This document shows positions 43,869 to 54,324 of a stretch of DNA of 64,000 nucleotides, in pieces (the stretch's first letter is position 1; every line of letters begins with the position of its first letter). The stretch is from a virus, in the IMG/VR virus record IMGVR_UViG_3300032242_000818, positions 1-64,000 of that record. The stretch is one strand, 5' to 3'. Made by a program: the position numbers and the translations under genes. The notes beneath the pieces are model-generated. The model did no database searches, was not told where the DNA came from, and saw only the letters and a list, made by a program, of their open reading frames with translations.

Positions 43869-44645
43869 TCATCTCCCCACATAAACTTGTTTTTGGGATT
43901 CTTTTTGCTGTTGTAATTCAGTTTTTGGTATCCATCCAGTACCATACTGTGGATACTTTCTAATTCTATCTTCTACCACATATGATAATACTAATCCAAC
44001 ACCGCAACAAACTATCAATCCACCTATACCAATTAACATATTAACATGTAGTTGATGTAATTTTTGTTTTCTTCTTTTTTCATCAATCTCATGTTGTTTC
44101 ATTTGTTTTAGGATAAGACCTTTTTGCTGCTTTCCCATAATCTCCATCATCTCTTCAACTTCAGTGTATAGTGCACCAAGTTCAGGTGGACTTTGATATA
44201 CCATAATTTCACGCAACTCAGTGCCCATTTGCTCTAGTTGCTTTCTCATTAAAACTCTTTGTAATGCTCGTTTGCCTAAACTAGCATCACCTGTATAAAC
44301 TTCGTTTTTACTACGCTTTTCTTCTTCTTCAAAGATAGTCATGCACTTATGATAATTATCGTAGTATGTACCAAGATGTTCACCGATCTCAGTATAAATT
44401 CCAGCTGTTTCACCATCACGTTTGTTCAACTCAATAACACGATTCTTTTCTTTTATGAACGCATTATGTTGTTCAACAGTTGGTGGTTTCTCTGGTGGAT
44501 GTAACTTAGCAAATTGCTGATCTAAATCTTTAAGTACATCTTTGACATCTCCAGCTGCGCCTTTGATGTCTTTGTATAGTTTACACCCAGCCTTTACTGC
44601 TGATACTGCACCATTAGCAAGAGCAAATAGTGTTAATGGATCCAT
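43869..44645 (-). CDS. coiled-coil protein with C-terminal TM
   Basis: MDPLT.FA.A..AV start, hydrophobic C-terminal helix. Confidence 0.7.
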   Translation of the reverse strand: MDPLTLFALANGAVSAVKAGCKLYKDIKGAAGDVKDVLKDLDQQFAKLHPPEKPPTVEQHNAFIKEKNRVIELNKRDGETAGIYTEIGEHLGTYYDNYHKCMTIFEEEEKRSKNEVYTGDASLGKRALQRVLMRKQLEQMGTELREIMVYQSPPELGALYTEVEEMMEIMGKQQKGLILKQMKQHEIDEKRRKQKLHQLHVNMLIGIGGLIVCCGVGLVLSYVVEDRIRKYPQYGTGWIPKTELQQQKESQKQVYVGR

Positions 44646-46333
44646 TATCTACCTTCATATTGTTTCTCCACCATTTCATTGTGAAGTCTATCAGTACCAC
44701 CAAACATTCTTGCTGTGTAACGATTATCAATATTCTTTTGATTGTTATATACTGATACAACAGGATAAAACTGTTGCTGAACTATCATTTGTCTACTGTA
44801 AGCATCAAATCCAGGTGTGAAACCCATTGCTTGAATAACTACATTTTGAACTGCTTTCTGTGCTTCCAAGTCTGATGCTTTACCCATTTCACCAGCAAGA
44901 TTCTTACCTTTTTCTACGGCATCTGCTTTTGCTGCAGCTTCTCTTCTTGCTTGAATTTCTTGTCGAGCTGTTGGTGCTGCTGGTTTATCAGATGATGCTT
45001 GAGCAGTATTAGTATTCGGTGGCGGAGAACTGCCTCCAGTGCCTTTCGGAGCATCATCTTTTCTATCCTCTTGTTTATTACCACCCCTTGGTTCATTTTG
45101 CGACATTTGTTGTGGTGCAGGTGGAGGTGGTGCTAATTGAACAGGTGCTGCTGGCGCAGCAGCAGAGTTAGCAGTTGGTGGGGGTGCGGCAATTGCTTTA
45201 TCAACTGTTGTGCTACCTGTTGCTGAAACACCAGTAGAAACTGTGCCATCAGTATTAACTGTTGTAGTTGCTATATTAGTTGCAACCTTAACTGTAGTTG
45301 GATCATTTGCTTTAGTTGCAGCAGTATTAGACAATGATTGATTTACTACTGTTGAATCAATGCCTGTCACCAAATACTTTATAGCATAAGCAGTGGCGTA
45401 TCCTTTACAGTCTTTACTGAATAAAGAATCTTTGATACATTGATCATCTAAGTACGCTTGCGCATATCCTGGACATGTAGTACTGTATAGGGGATTAACA
45501 GAACACTGATAATTTAAGTAAGCAGTGGCATATCCAGGACAAGTTGGATCAGTCAATGGGTTGATTGTGCACTGTTGAATCTGATAAGCAGCAGCATAAC
45601 CTGGACAGCTTGTATTATAGAGCGGATTTGCTACACATTGCTGAGCCTGATAAGCAGCAGCATAACCTGGACATGATGGGCTTGATAATGGGTCAGATGA
45701 ACATCGATCAAATGTATAATTTAGCGATAAGGATGGATCCTTAACTTGTGGTCCATAATATCCTGCCCAGAAACGAGAATCTTTACCATTAAATGTTAAA
45801 GAGAAATTAGCAATACTTGATACTGCCATTCCATTGTTAGCGAATGTTTCTGTTCCAGAAATATTAGTCCAATCAGTCGTTGTTCCTAGAACCCAACTTT
45901 TTGAATACAGAGAAGTTCCATTGGTACCAGCAAAGTTTACGGCAGCTGTAAGATTACCAGATGTTTGCCCTTGATTCAAATAACTCCATGAGTAGTTATA
46001 ACCAAGAATTGTCATGCCACTGTTTCTTAATGCTTCATTAAATGCATAAGTGTAAGCAGCAGCTGACTGAGTATAACCAAAATATATGGTATTAGTAGTA
46101 GAGTTGTATCCAGGAGTTGAACCACCAGAAAGTCCACCACCAGTTCCAGTATATGGAGTTGTTCCTGTTATATTGCTATACGGAGCACCAACAAGATTTG
46201 GTGACTGCATTGGACCAGTTGGCATTGCTACTGCTGCGCCTGCTGTTGAAGCATTAACAGTCTGTGCTTTGACTGAGCAGGTGCCAAGACCTGCTGCCAA
46301 AATTACGACAGCAAGGACAGAAACCAAATTCAT
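44645..46333 (-). CDS. secreted protein with Cys-rich CPGY repeats
   Basis: Signal peptide, beta-rich domain, five 22-aa repeats, Pro/Ala linker. Confidence 0.75.
   Translation of the reverse strand: MNLVSVLAVVILAAGLGTCSVKAQTVNASTAGAAVAMPTGPMQSPNLVGAPYSNITGTTPYTGTGGGLSGGSTPGYNSTTNTIYFGYTQSAAAYTYAFNEALRNSGMTILGYNYSWSYLNQGQTSGNLTAAVNFAGTNGTSLYSKSWVLGTTTDWTNISGTETFANNGMAVSSIANFSLTFNGKDSRFWAGYYGPQVKDPSLSLNYTFDRCSSDPLSSPSCPGYAAAYQAQQCVANPLYNTSCPGYAAAYQIQQCTINPLTDPTCPGYATAYLNYQCSVNPLYSTTCPGYAQAYLDDQCIKDSLFSKDCKGYATAYAIKYLVTGIDSTVVNQSLSNTAATKANDPTTVKVATNIATTTVNTDGTVSTGVSATGSTTVDKAIAAPPPTANSAAAPAAPVQLAPPPPAPQQMSQNEPRGGNKQEDRKDDAPKGTGGSSPPPNTNTAQASSDKPAAPTARQEIQARREAAAKADAVEKGKNLAGEMGKASDLEAQKAVQNVVIQAMGFTPGFDAYSRQMIVQQQFYPVVSVYNNQKNIDNRYTARMFGGTDRLHNEMVEKQYEGR
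45386..45703 (-). repeat. five tandem 66-bp/22-aa C..(D/N)PL....CPGYA.AY repeats
   Basis: Seen in the translation. Confidence 0.85.
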
Positions 46334-46336
46334 TGG

Positions 46337-46810
46337 TTATTCCTTGCTCTTAACTTTCTGTGGTTGGCGATCTGGTGCTGCAGCCCAAATCTCTTTGGCA
46401 GACTCACCAATTTTACCATCAACTGGACAAGGAGTTCCTGCATTCATCATTGCTGAGAATACACGTTCGTCTTGACACATAATAGCAACTGCGGCAACTT
46501 TCATACCCATATCGTAAATACCACGAGCAAGTTTTAATCGTTCGCAGTTTTTATCAACCATGGTTGAACCAAAGCTGATACCTAAGATTTGAGTTTGTGC
46601 TGCGCCAGATACACCTACTGCACAAACATCAGAGTTAATAACAGTAACTGCTGGTGCAACAGCAGTTGGGGGTGGGGACTTAACTGTAGTTGTGCTAGTA
46701 GAGTTAGAGTCTGTCGTGCTTCTTGAAGTCGAGTCGGTTACGATGGGATCTGCCATCGCAAGTGATGTAGTCATGACAAAAAGCACCGCTGTAGCGATTC
46801 TTTTGTACAT
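46337..46810 (-). CDS. secreted Cys-containing protein
   Basis: Signal peptide; SPPP.A.AP, D.C, D.NCERLK, GMKVAAV..MCQD, AGTPCP. Confidence 0.75.
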   Translation of the reverse strand: MYKRIATAVLFVMTTSLAMADPIVTDSTSRSTTDSNSTSTTTVKSPPPTAVAPAVTVINSDVCAVGVSGAAQTQILGISFGSTMVDKNCERLKLARGIYDMGMKVAAVAIMCQDERVFSAMMNAGTPCPVDGKIGESAKEIWAAAPDRQPQKVKSKE

Positions 46811-46825
46811 TTGAATTACCTTTTG

Positions 46826-47383
46826 TTATAGTGTTATAGGAATCCATAACCACAATGCTTGAGACATTAATAATGCAGCAGTAACGCCAACACCAATACT
46901 TGCCCAATACATACGCATATTTACTGCTAAAATTGATGCTGTTAGAAGAACAATTGCGATTTGAAATAACGAACCAGCGTAAGTATAGAAAGGGCTGCGT
47001 GCTTTTGCTTCCGCTCTGCCTGCTTCTAATCCTCGTGCTTTTGCCATCAATTCTTTTTTACCTTCACCAGTAGCTGGATCAGATTCATAACGAGCAATTT
47101 TTGCCTGTAGTTTTTCGGCTTTTACTTTATCGTTACGATACATAGCATCATCTAGAGACTGCTCAGCCAATGTTTGTTTGATTGCTTTTGCTTGGTAAAA
47201 TGCCCAAGTATTATTTGCTTCAATAGTATTATTCAAAATTTTACTAGAGTTTGAACCACCCATTAGTGTGTTGATGGCAAGTAATGCTGCCAAAACGCAG
47301 ATTACTAAACCAGCTTTGTCTTTAATCTGTGCTTCTCTCTCAGAACGAGAAAGAGGTTTTGTTTCTACTTTTACTTCTGCCAT
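46826..47383 (-). CDS. DUF4337-like membrane protein
   Basis: LAALLAI, WAFYQAK.IKQ, QIAIVL..ASI. Confidence 0.75.
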   Translation of the reverse strand: MAEVKVETKPLSRSEREAQIKDKAGLVICVLAALLAINTLMGGSNSSKILNNTIEANNTWAFYQAKAIKQTLAEQSLDDAMYRNDKVKAEKLQAKIARYESDPATGEGKKELMAKARGLEAGRAEAKARSPFYTYAGSLFQIAIVLLTASILAVNMRMYWASIGVGVTAALLMSQALWLWIPITL

Positions 47384-47432
47384 TTTTTGCTACCTTTTTG
47401 CCTAAAAAAATATGTATATTCTATATACGTAT

Positions 47433-48584
47433 CTATTTAGGTTTTTTGTCTTGCAGATCGTCTACTTCTTTTTCGATGGTTTTGACGCCAATGCTTGAAA
47501 ATACTTCTTTTGCTTTGTTCAGAAATGATTGAGTTTTTTCTGGTAGAGTTTCATCACGTTTTTCTAAGCGATTATATAGATTTGGTTCCCAATCCTTGCC
47601 TTCATCAACAGTGATGTTTAATTCCTCGTCAGTAACTTCGGCTGGGGCATACCCAGTAACAGTGTGTTCTATTGGATTTTCTTCTGGTTTAATATTAACA
47701 CGAACTTCTTCCCAAACTGGAACTTCATCTGTTAATTCAACTTTAATTGGTTCAATTATTTCTGTTTGGTTAATTTCATCAGGTACAGGTGGTAACTCAC
47801 CCTCATCAATAAAAACTTCTTTTGGTTCAGTTTCTTCTCGTTCGCGTTTTTGTTGCCAGTTTGCAGCAACTAACAATAAAACTGCCAGTGGATCAAATAC
47901 TAGCACAATCATAATGATAACCCAACGAACTGCTTTTTCTAATACATCAGTTTCTGGGTTATCACCATATAATAATGCTGCAATATATTTTATTGGACCG
48001 ACTTCGGCTTCGACTTTGCGGACTTCGCTGGCGATTGGCGCACGCTCTTCGTTGTACTTGGCGATCTTGGCTTGCGCTTGACCGATTTCGTTGAGGATTC
48101 TGTTACGGTCTTTTTGTTGGCTTCGTCTAATGACAATGGAACGATCGGCTCCACTGGCTTCGGTTGTTCTACTGAGGGTTTGATCAACTTGTGCATCCAG
48201 TTGAGTAAGTTCTTTACGATTTGCATTTATGTTCTCCTTTTCGGTTTTAATCTTCTCATCAATTAATGCCAATTTGGCAGAAACATCACCAGTTGGTATT
48301 GCTTGATCCAAGTGTGCCTTTGATAGATAACCAAAGATACCCATTGAAGTTAACATCATCAAAATAATTAAAGACACAGTAAAATATGATTTCATCAATA
48401 CTGGGACTTCTTTCCAATTGCGATATAACCATGAGGCAACTACTAATTTTGATGCTTCAAGTAGTGATCCCATGATGAAAATAGGAATAGCTGCTGCTGC
48501 GAAAATTGCAACTAATCCCATAATAGAATAATAAGCAGCACAAGCCGACAACGCTAATGCTGTTCCGAATAGTAGATATGTCAT
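47433..48584 (-). CDS. multi-TM coiled-coil protein
   Basis: AAYYSI.GL, LE.SKLV, TSMGIFG.LSKAH, EVGPIKYIA, VFDPLAV. Confidence 0.8.
   Translation of the reverse strand: MTYLLFGTALALSACAAYYSIMGLVAIFAAAAIPIFIMGSLLEASKLVVASWLYRNWKEVPVLMKSYFTVSLIILMMLTSMGIFGYLSKAHLDQAIPTGDVSAKLALIDEKIKTEKENINANRKELTQLDAQVDQTLSRTTEASGADRSIVIRRSQQKDRNRILNEIGQAQAKIAKYNEERAPIASEVRKVEAEVGPIKYIAALLYGDNPETDVLEKAVRWVIIMIVLVFDPLAVLLLVAANWQQKREREETEPKEVFIDEGELPPVPDEINQTEIIEPIKVELTDEVPVWEEVRVNIKPEENPIEHTVTGYAPAEVTDEELNITVDEGKDWEPNLYNRLEKRDETLPEKTQSFLNKAKEVFSSIGVKTIEKEVDDLQDKKPK
47990..48226 (-). CDS. candidate nested out-of-frame gene (78 aa, basic tail)
   Basis: AAGGAG 7 nt before the ATG; coincides with a GC-rich patch in the host gene. 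Confidence 0.45.
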   Translation of the reverse strand: MQIVKNLLNWMHKLIKPSVEQPKPVEPIVPLSLDEANKKTVTESSTKSVKRKPRSPSTTKSVRQSPAKSAKSKPKSVQ

Positions 48585-49006
48585 AACTTGTTTTTAATAT
48601 GAGAACCATGGACTCGGACAGAAATTTGTCCATTATAATAGTCGTCAGATTCTAATACTTTTCTCCCGAATTGCTCTCGTGCTTCAACATACGAGCACTC
48701 AGCTTTTGATTTACAAAAAAATAAAATCTCTCGAGTAAAATTATCTTTACCCAGAGACTCTATATCTTTATTTAGTTCTAAACTTGAACCATAATATTCT
48801 AGCCAATCAGAGTCTATTTTAGACTTAATCTTCTTTCGTTTCTTAGTTCCGTTCTTTAACTTAACCATTTTATAAGAAGTTTTACTAAACTTGGATAACT
48901 TCTTACCGATATACATGCGACTGTTGGCTTTGTTCGTAATTAAATAAACAAAGCCAACGCAATCTTCAGGCAATTCTTCAACGATTTTATTATTAAATGT
49001 CCACAT
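48581..49006 (-). CDS. GIY-YIG family endonuclease
   Basis: GFVYLITN....RMYIGKK, YYGSS, F.REIL, YYN. Confidence 0.82.
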   Translation of the reverse strand: MWTFNNKIVEELPEDCVGFVYLITNKANSRMYIGKKLSKFSKTSYKMVKLKNGTKKRKKIKSKIDSDWLEYYGSSLELNKDIESLGKDNFTREILFFCKSKAECSYVEAREQFGRKVLESDDYYNGQISVRVHGSHIKNKL

Positions 49007-49016
49007 AGTGGACTAT

Positions 49017-49166
49017 TTATTCTTCTTCGTTAAGTTCCTCTTCTTCATAAATGTCAGCTGAACATAATGGACAGTAAACAATGTCTTCATACTTGAAGTC
49101 ATCACCTTTTACTGTAATCTTACCCTCAGCATCACAAGATAGACATTGAAACTGTTTTACTATCAT
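49017..49166 (-). CDS. small zinc-ribbon protein (49 aa, not in track)
   Basis: CLSC...YCPLC, acidic tail; ATGA overlap with the nrdB stop. Confidence 0.65.
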   Translation of the reverse strand: MIVKQFQCLSCDAEGKITVKGDDFKYEDIVYCPLCSADIYEEEELNEEE

Positions 49167-50155
49167 GCTGCTTTGCCCCATACTTCATTCCAAGAACCAG
49201 ATAATGCACCTTTAGCATAATCAGTTACACGATTCTCAAAGAAGTTTCCATGAACTGGTGCGTTGATCATTTCCTCAACCCATGGTAGTGGATTTCTTTT
49301 TACTTTGAAAATACCTTTCATGCCTAAAGAAATTAGGCGACGATCAGCAATGTAACGAATATATTTCTTAACATCTTCTGCTGATAAGTCGCGCATGTCG
49401 CCATTCTGATAACAGAGATCAATAAACTTATCTTCCAACTCTACCATCTTTTCAGCAATTGTATAGATTTTAGATTTTAAATCATCGTTCCAGATTTCAT
49501 TATTCTCTTTGATAAACTCTTTGAACAAACGAATCATATTCTCAGAGTGCATTGTTTCATCAACGATAGACCAAGTAACAATCTGCCCCATACCTTTCAT
49601 AATACCATGGCGAGGGAAATTAAGCAACATAATAAAAGAACTGAAGAGCTGCATACCTTCAGTAAATGCGCTAAACACAGCGATGTGAGTAGCAGTAGAC
49701 TCAAGAGTCCCATTGCGACTAGAAAGGTCAGTAACATAGTCATGCTTATCCCTCATTTCTTGATATTCGAGAAACTCATTATAAGTAGACTCAGGCATGC
49801 CGAGAGTTTCTATCAGATGTGAGTAAGCAGCAATATGTAGGGCTTCACGAGCAGCAAAACCCATAAGCATCATACGAATCTCAGGCTGAGGGAAATAAGG
49901 AAGATAGTTGTTAACATACCCACCAGCAACATCAATATCACCTTGTGTAAAGAATCTGAAAATGTTCGTAAGAAATTGTTTTTCTTCATTTGTTAATTTT
50001 TTCTTCCAATCTTTTACGTCTTCAGCCATTGGTACTTCAGAATGAAGCCAATGCGCTTGTTCGTGTTTCAACCATGCATCATATGCCCATGGATAGTTGA
50101 ATGGTTTAAAATAAGTGCGTTGATCGGTTAAATTGTTTTTTGTTTTAGTTATCAT
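49163..50155 (-). CDS. nrdB: ribonucleotide reductase class Ia beta subunit
   Basis: FFTQGD, EALH..AY, EGMQLFSSF, DET.H, NFFE....Y. Confidence 0.96.
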   Translation of the reverse strand: MITKTKNNLTDQRTYFKPFNYPWAYDAWLKHEQAHWLHSEVPMAEDVKDWKKKLTNEEKQFLTNIFRFFTQGDIDVAGGYVNNYLPYFPQPEIRMMLMGFAAREALHIAAYSHLIETLGMPESTYNEFLEYQEMRDKHDYVTDLSSRNGTLESTATHIAVFSAFTEGMQLFSSFIMLLNFPRHGIMKGMGQIVTWSIVDETMHSENMIRLFKEFIKENNEIWNDDLKSKIYTIAEKMVELEDKFIDLCYQNGDMRDLSAEDVKKYIRYIADRRLISLGMKGIFKVKRNPLPWVEEMINAPVHGNFFENRVTDYAKGALSGSWNEVWGKAA

Positions 50156-50748
50156 AGTGGTTTCTCTTGTGGTTCTAAAAGAATTTCTTCTTCATCTGAA
50201 TCTTCTTTTATTTTAAATTTAAATGCAATACTAATTCGTTGGTCTCTACAATATACTGATGGTTCAATTGCGCAGTGTTTTACTCTTGAATTAAATAATA
50301 CAGCTGAATTTGTTTTTGGAAAAAATGTATTAGTTACTTTAGTTTCATCCTCATTTACAATATTTAAATTTCCACCATAATGTGGTTTCCAATTTCTATG
50401 TAAATAATAAACTACAGATCCCCATTCCCCATTAATTATAGTATCTTCAATATCTTTATGAATCCATGCTGTTTGTCCATGAGATTGACCATTACCATAT
50501 AAACGTCGGGTAACAATTTTATTATTTAAAAATAATTCAGTTTTAATTTTAAAAACTTGATGTATAAATCCAGCACCCCCTAGATCTTTATACCAAAATA
50601 ATCTTTCTGTTTTTAAACCTTCTTCATCAGAAGCAGCATGACCTTTCATTTCCCATTTGAATTTATCAAATTCTTCCCAAACTAATTCATATTCATCTAA
50701 TGTTAGGAATTCTTCCCAGTAATAGATTTGGTCAATCGTTTTAATCAT
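50152..50748 (-). CDS. 2OG-Fe(II) oxygenase inserted between nrdA and nrdB
   Basis: Y.NGQ, H.D, W...YGG, N..VLF.S...H, RISIAFK. Confidence 0.82.
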   Translation of the reverse strand: MIKTIDQIYYWEEFLTLDEYELVWEEFDKFKWEMKGHAASDEEGLKTERLFWYKDLGGAGFIHQVFKIKTELFLNNKIVTRRLYGNGQSHGQTAWIHKDIEDTIINGEWGSVVYYLHRNWKPHYGGNLNIVNEDETKVTNTFFPKTNSAVLFNSRVKHCAIEPSVYCRDQRISIAFKFKIKEDSDEEEILLEPQEKPL

Positions 50749-52584
50749 TTATCCCTCACACGCTAAACACGTATCAGCATCTCCTGTTAGTGCTTGTAGA
50801 TTAATTTCTTTAATGACCTCACGTTCAATACGCTTAGAAACTTTGTCAGCCTTAGCAATTTTATCAGAACGGCAGTAGTACATAGTCTTTAAACCTTGCT
50901 TCCATGCTTGAAAGTGAACAGCATGAATATACTTAATATGACTATCTGGTCTAAAGAAAACATTTAATGACTGCGCTTGGTCTACATATACTTGCCTGTC
51001 TGCGGCATGCTGGACGACCCAACGCTGGTCAATTTCCATAGAAGTCTTGAACACATCTTTTGTCCACTCTTCCATCCAATCGAGGTGTTGAACTGAACCA
51101 TCGTTCGCAATAATTGAACTCCAAATTTGTTGATATTCATCTTCGCCTTTCGGTGTTAATGGAGCACCTGAAGGTGAAAGATGCTTCATAATAACCTTGT
51201 CAAGATAACGATTCTTATTTAAGTGAGAACCCGATAGAGTGTCTTGGCGATAAGCATTGGCACGATAAGGTTCAATACTAGGACTAGTGTTGCCCATAAG
51301 AATGGAAGAAGAAGCATTGGGAGCAATAGCCATAAGATGACTAAACCTATTCCCAGTACCCACTGCATCAGGTGCTTCACCTCTTTCCAATCCAAGTTTT
51401 TTATTCGCTTCATCTAACTGTCCTCTGATGTGAGCAAAGATTTGTTTGTTACGTCCAACTGCTTGTGGAGATTCCCACGGTAACGAATTTCGTTGTAGAT
51501 AAGCATGCCAACCGAGAGCACCGATACCAATGCTTCGCTCGCGCATTGCAGAATACTTGGCTCGTTTGATTGTAGAAGGAGCCTTATCAATAAAATATTG
51601 CAGAACATTGTCAAGCATCTCTGCAACATCAGCAAGGAATAAAGACTCTTTCTTCCACTCATCATAGTACTCCAAGTTCAATGAAGATAAACAACAAACA
51701 GCAGTACGTTTCTCATTTGTTGGTAAAATAATTTCTGAACATAGATTAGATTGATGAACCTTCAAACCTTTATCTTTTAACCACTGAGGTAGTTTACGAT
51801 TTGATTCATCAATAAAGTGAATGTATGGTTCGCCAGTCATCATGCGCATTTCAAGAATACGTTGCCATAATTCTTTTGCTGAAACTGTTTCACGAACTTC
51901 ATTACTTGCTGGATCAATTAAATTCCATGAGTCATCAAAGTTTGGATCAATCATTGATTGTTCAATAATTTCCATAAATGCATCAGGAATATTAATACCA
52001 TGATGCATATTCAGACAACGCATGTTCTGGTCACCTGTTGGTTTTCTCATCTCCAAAAAATTAATGATATCGGGGTGAGAAATATCAAGATAAGCAGCGT
52101 AACTACCACGACGAGTGCGCCCTTGACGGTACGCCAAAGAAGAAGCGTCATACATTTTAAGGTGCGGCATAACGCCAGTAGACTTATCATCAGCAGACCT
52201 AATACCAAAACCAATGCCCACTCCACCCCCAAGCATAGATAACCAATTAGTTTCTGAGAGATTATCCACCAAACCTTCTGCAGTATCTTCAATGTAATTA
52301 AGGAAACATGATATAGGCATACCACGCTTACTGCGACCAAAAGAAAGAATGGGAGTAGAATAAGACAGCCAATGTTTACTGCTGTATTCGTATAATCGTT
52401 GCGCATGTTCAGGGTTACTCCCAAATGTACTTGAAACAAAAGCAAACCTTTCTTGTGGGCTTACTTCATCATCCTTCATATAACTTTCTTTTAATCTTAA
52501 CTTACCTAATTCGTCAAACAAACCATCACGAGAATAATCTACCGTTATGCCATGCACAATGTCATTCATATTTACTTGCCCCAT
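50749..52584 (-). CDS. nrdA: ribonucleotide reductase class Ia alpha subunit
   Basis: ISCFL, RRGSYA, SNLCSEI, CCLSS, IAPNASSS, LKT.YY, CLACEG. Confidence 0.96.
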   Translation of the reverse strand: MGQVNMNDIVHGITVDYSRDGLFDELGKLRLKESYMKDDEVSPQERFAFVSSTFGSNPEHAQRLYEYSSKHWLSYSTPILSFGRSKRGMPISCFLNYIEDTAEGLVDNLSETNWLSMLGGGVGIGFGIRSADDKSTGVMPHLKMYDASSLAYRQGRTRRGSYAAYLDISHPDIINFLEMRKPTGDQNMRCLNMHHGINIPDAFMEIIEQSMIDPNFDDSWNLIDPASNEVRETVSAKELWQRILEMRMMTGEPYIHFIDESNRKLPQWLKDKGLKVHQSNLCSEIILPTNEKRTAVCCLSSLNLEYYDEWKKESLFLADVAEMLDNVLQYFIDKAPSTIKRAKYSAMRERSIGIGALGWHAYLQRNSLPWESPQAVGRNKQIFAHIRGQLDEANKKLGLERGEAPDAVGTGNRFSHLMAIAPNASSSILMGNTSPSIEPYRANAYRQDTLSGSHLNKNRYLDKVIMKHLSPSGAPLTPKGEDEYQQIWSSIIANDGSVQHLDWMEEWTKDVFKTSMEIDQRWVVQHAADRQVYVDQAQSLNVFFRPDSHIKYIHAVHFQAWKQGLKTMYYCRSDKIAKADKVSKRIEREVIKEINLQALTGDADTCLACEG

Positions 52585-52590
52585 TTATTA

Positions 52591-53256
52591 TTATTTTGTT
52601 AATTCTTTTGCTAAAGGAAATACTTCAGCAATAACCTTTGCGCACTCACGTGCGACTTCTTGGTGTTCTTTTTGTGTACCATTTGCAGAACGGAGTTCAA
52701 TAAAATGAATCCAGCTACGCAATGTACCATTCATATATAAGCGAGAAACAGTAAGTCCTTCTGGTAGAACTGCTCTTGCTTGCTCTTTAGCAATGCCATT
52801 TTGTATTGCCCAATTATATGCTTCTTGGGCTTCATTGATAACACGCTTTTGTCTTTCTTCCCACCATGCTGCCAATGCTAGATTTGTATTCTCAACACTA
52901 TTTTGACGATTCTTCGTATCTTGAAGTCGGGCTTCTCTAAGAACGAAAGATAAGTCTTTTGTTGGATCAGCATATCGCTGGCTAAATTCCTGGAATGAAA
53001 AAGAACGATGACGTAATATTTGTCTTGCTATATCGCGAGTAGTTTCAATTTCTAAGCAAGCACTAACCATCTCTAGAGGTGACCAGTGTTGATGCTTAAT
53101 TAAATATTTAATTAACTTCTCTGATGTATCTGTGTTGAACTGGTTGCTTGGATTGCTCACACGTGCACAGAACGCAACTAACTCCTGTACATCTACTAAA
53201 CCCTCTTGAAACATTTTATCATCAGGTTTACTATAACTAATCATTCTAACATTCAT
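52591..53256 (-). CDS. thyX: flavin-dependent thymidylate synthase
   Basis: HWSPLE, RHRSFSFQEFSQRY, EQARAVLP. Confidence 0.96.
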   Translation of the reverse strand: MNVRMISYSKPDDKMFQEGLVDVQELVAFCARVSNPSNQFNTDTSEKLIKYLIKHQHWSPLEMVSACLEIETTRDIARQILRHRSFSFQEFSQRYADPTKDLSFVLREARLQDTKNRQNSVENTNLALAAWWEERQKRVINEAQEAYNWAIQNGIAKEQARAVLPEGLTVSRLYMNGTLRSWIHFIELRSANGTQKEHQEVARECAKVIAEVFPLAKELTK

Positions 53257-54284
53257 ATTTTTTTCCAAGTACTATATTTCAATTTTGCTTCAATTCCTTT
53301 GAAGGTATTTGTATTTATCGTATTGACAATCTCATCTACCGTCATATTACCATATAAAATCATATCATTAATATCTTTCTGTTGTATATGATCAGGAAAC
53401 ATACAAACGCTGTAACCAGCATTAATATTTTTTTCAAGAAACTTAGTTATCTCTCGGCTTCTTGGTTCATTATCCATTACAATTGTTGCGTTAGCCAACA
53501 ACTGCCTAATAGTAGGAGTATCGAAACTTGCTCCAGAAACTGCGATAGCATTAGGTAAGAATAACGAGTCAATCGGTCCTTCCACAACAAGTATTCGCTT
53601 ATTAAAATCAACTCTATCGAGCCCATAAATTTTCTCCTGTGTTTCGTCAACCTTAATTGTATAATACTTAGGTTCTTCTGTGCCATATGCTCTGCCCTGA
53701 AAAGCAAAACATTTACCTGCTGGTGTAAAGAATGGTATTATCATTCTTGGGTGTTCATCTTTAATTGGCTCTTGGAATTTAGCAGTAACTGAATTAGTAA
53801 ATGCTTTAAACTTTGGAGCAAAATACAAAAGATGCCATTTATCTCTTGGTATCTTTCTATTAATAAGATACTCAACAGCAGGATGTGTTAGTGGTAGTTT
53901 ATCTAAACGAGACAAACTAGAAAGGATATCATCCTCTAATAATTCTACAGTGGGAGTTTCTAAGATGACGCTTGTTTTCTTAACGTCTTTGTGATCAGTG
54001 TATTTTGAAGCACCTGCTTTATAGCGTTCCAAAACATATTCATCATAAAGCATTGGATCAACATACTTGATAAGATTACCAATGTTGCTACCATAACCAC
54101 AATTGTGGCATTTGACCAATAGATCTTGTTCACGTGGATAAATGTAACCACGTGCTTTCAATTTATTCTTCGAAGAATCTCCACAAACTGGACACGAGAA
54201 GTTCCAAGTATTGTCTTTCTTTTCTTTGAAGTTCCTTAGACGAGTGCCAAGGATTTTTGCGTATTTGTTGTCAATATAGAGCAT
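53253..54284 (-). CDS. DNA primase (T4 gp61-like)
   Basis: CPVCGDS, KCHNCG, QGRA, VEGPIDS.F, DNEPR, KDINDM. Confidence 0.95.
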   Translation of the reverse strand: MLYIDNKYAKILGTRLRNFKEKKDNTWNFSCPVCGDSSKNKLKARGYIYPREQDLLVKCHNCGYGSNIGNLIKYVDPMLYDEYVLERYKAGASKYTDHKDVKKTSVILETPTVELLEDDILSSLSRLDKLPLTHPAVEYLINRKIPRDKWHLLYFAPKFKAFTNSVTAKFQEPIKDEHPRMIIPFFTPAGKCFAFQGRAYGTEEPKYYTIKVDETQEKIYGLDRVDFNKRILVVEGPIDSLFLPNAIAVSGASFDTPTIRQLLANATIVMDNEPRSREITKFLEKNINAGYSVCMFPDHIQQKDINDMILYGNMTVDEIVNTINTNTFKGIEAKLKYSTWKKI

Positions 54285-54292
54285 ATAGAGTA

Positions 54293-54321
54293 ATTATACC
54301 CCATATACTCTTGCAAAGCAA
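54293..54321 (-). promoter_or_regulatory. sigma70-like promoter of the replication operon
   Basis: TTGCTT-17-TATAAT, predicted +1 about 2 nt before the primase ATG. Confidence 0.6.
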
Positions 54322-54324
54322 ACT

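Noticed and set aside
49163-52584. Intron or intein in nrdA/nrdB
   Set aside because: Both ORFs are continuous and of normal or short length; the insert between them is a separate oxygenase gene.
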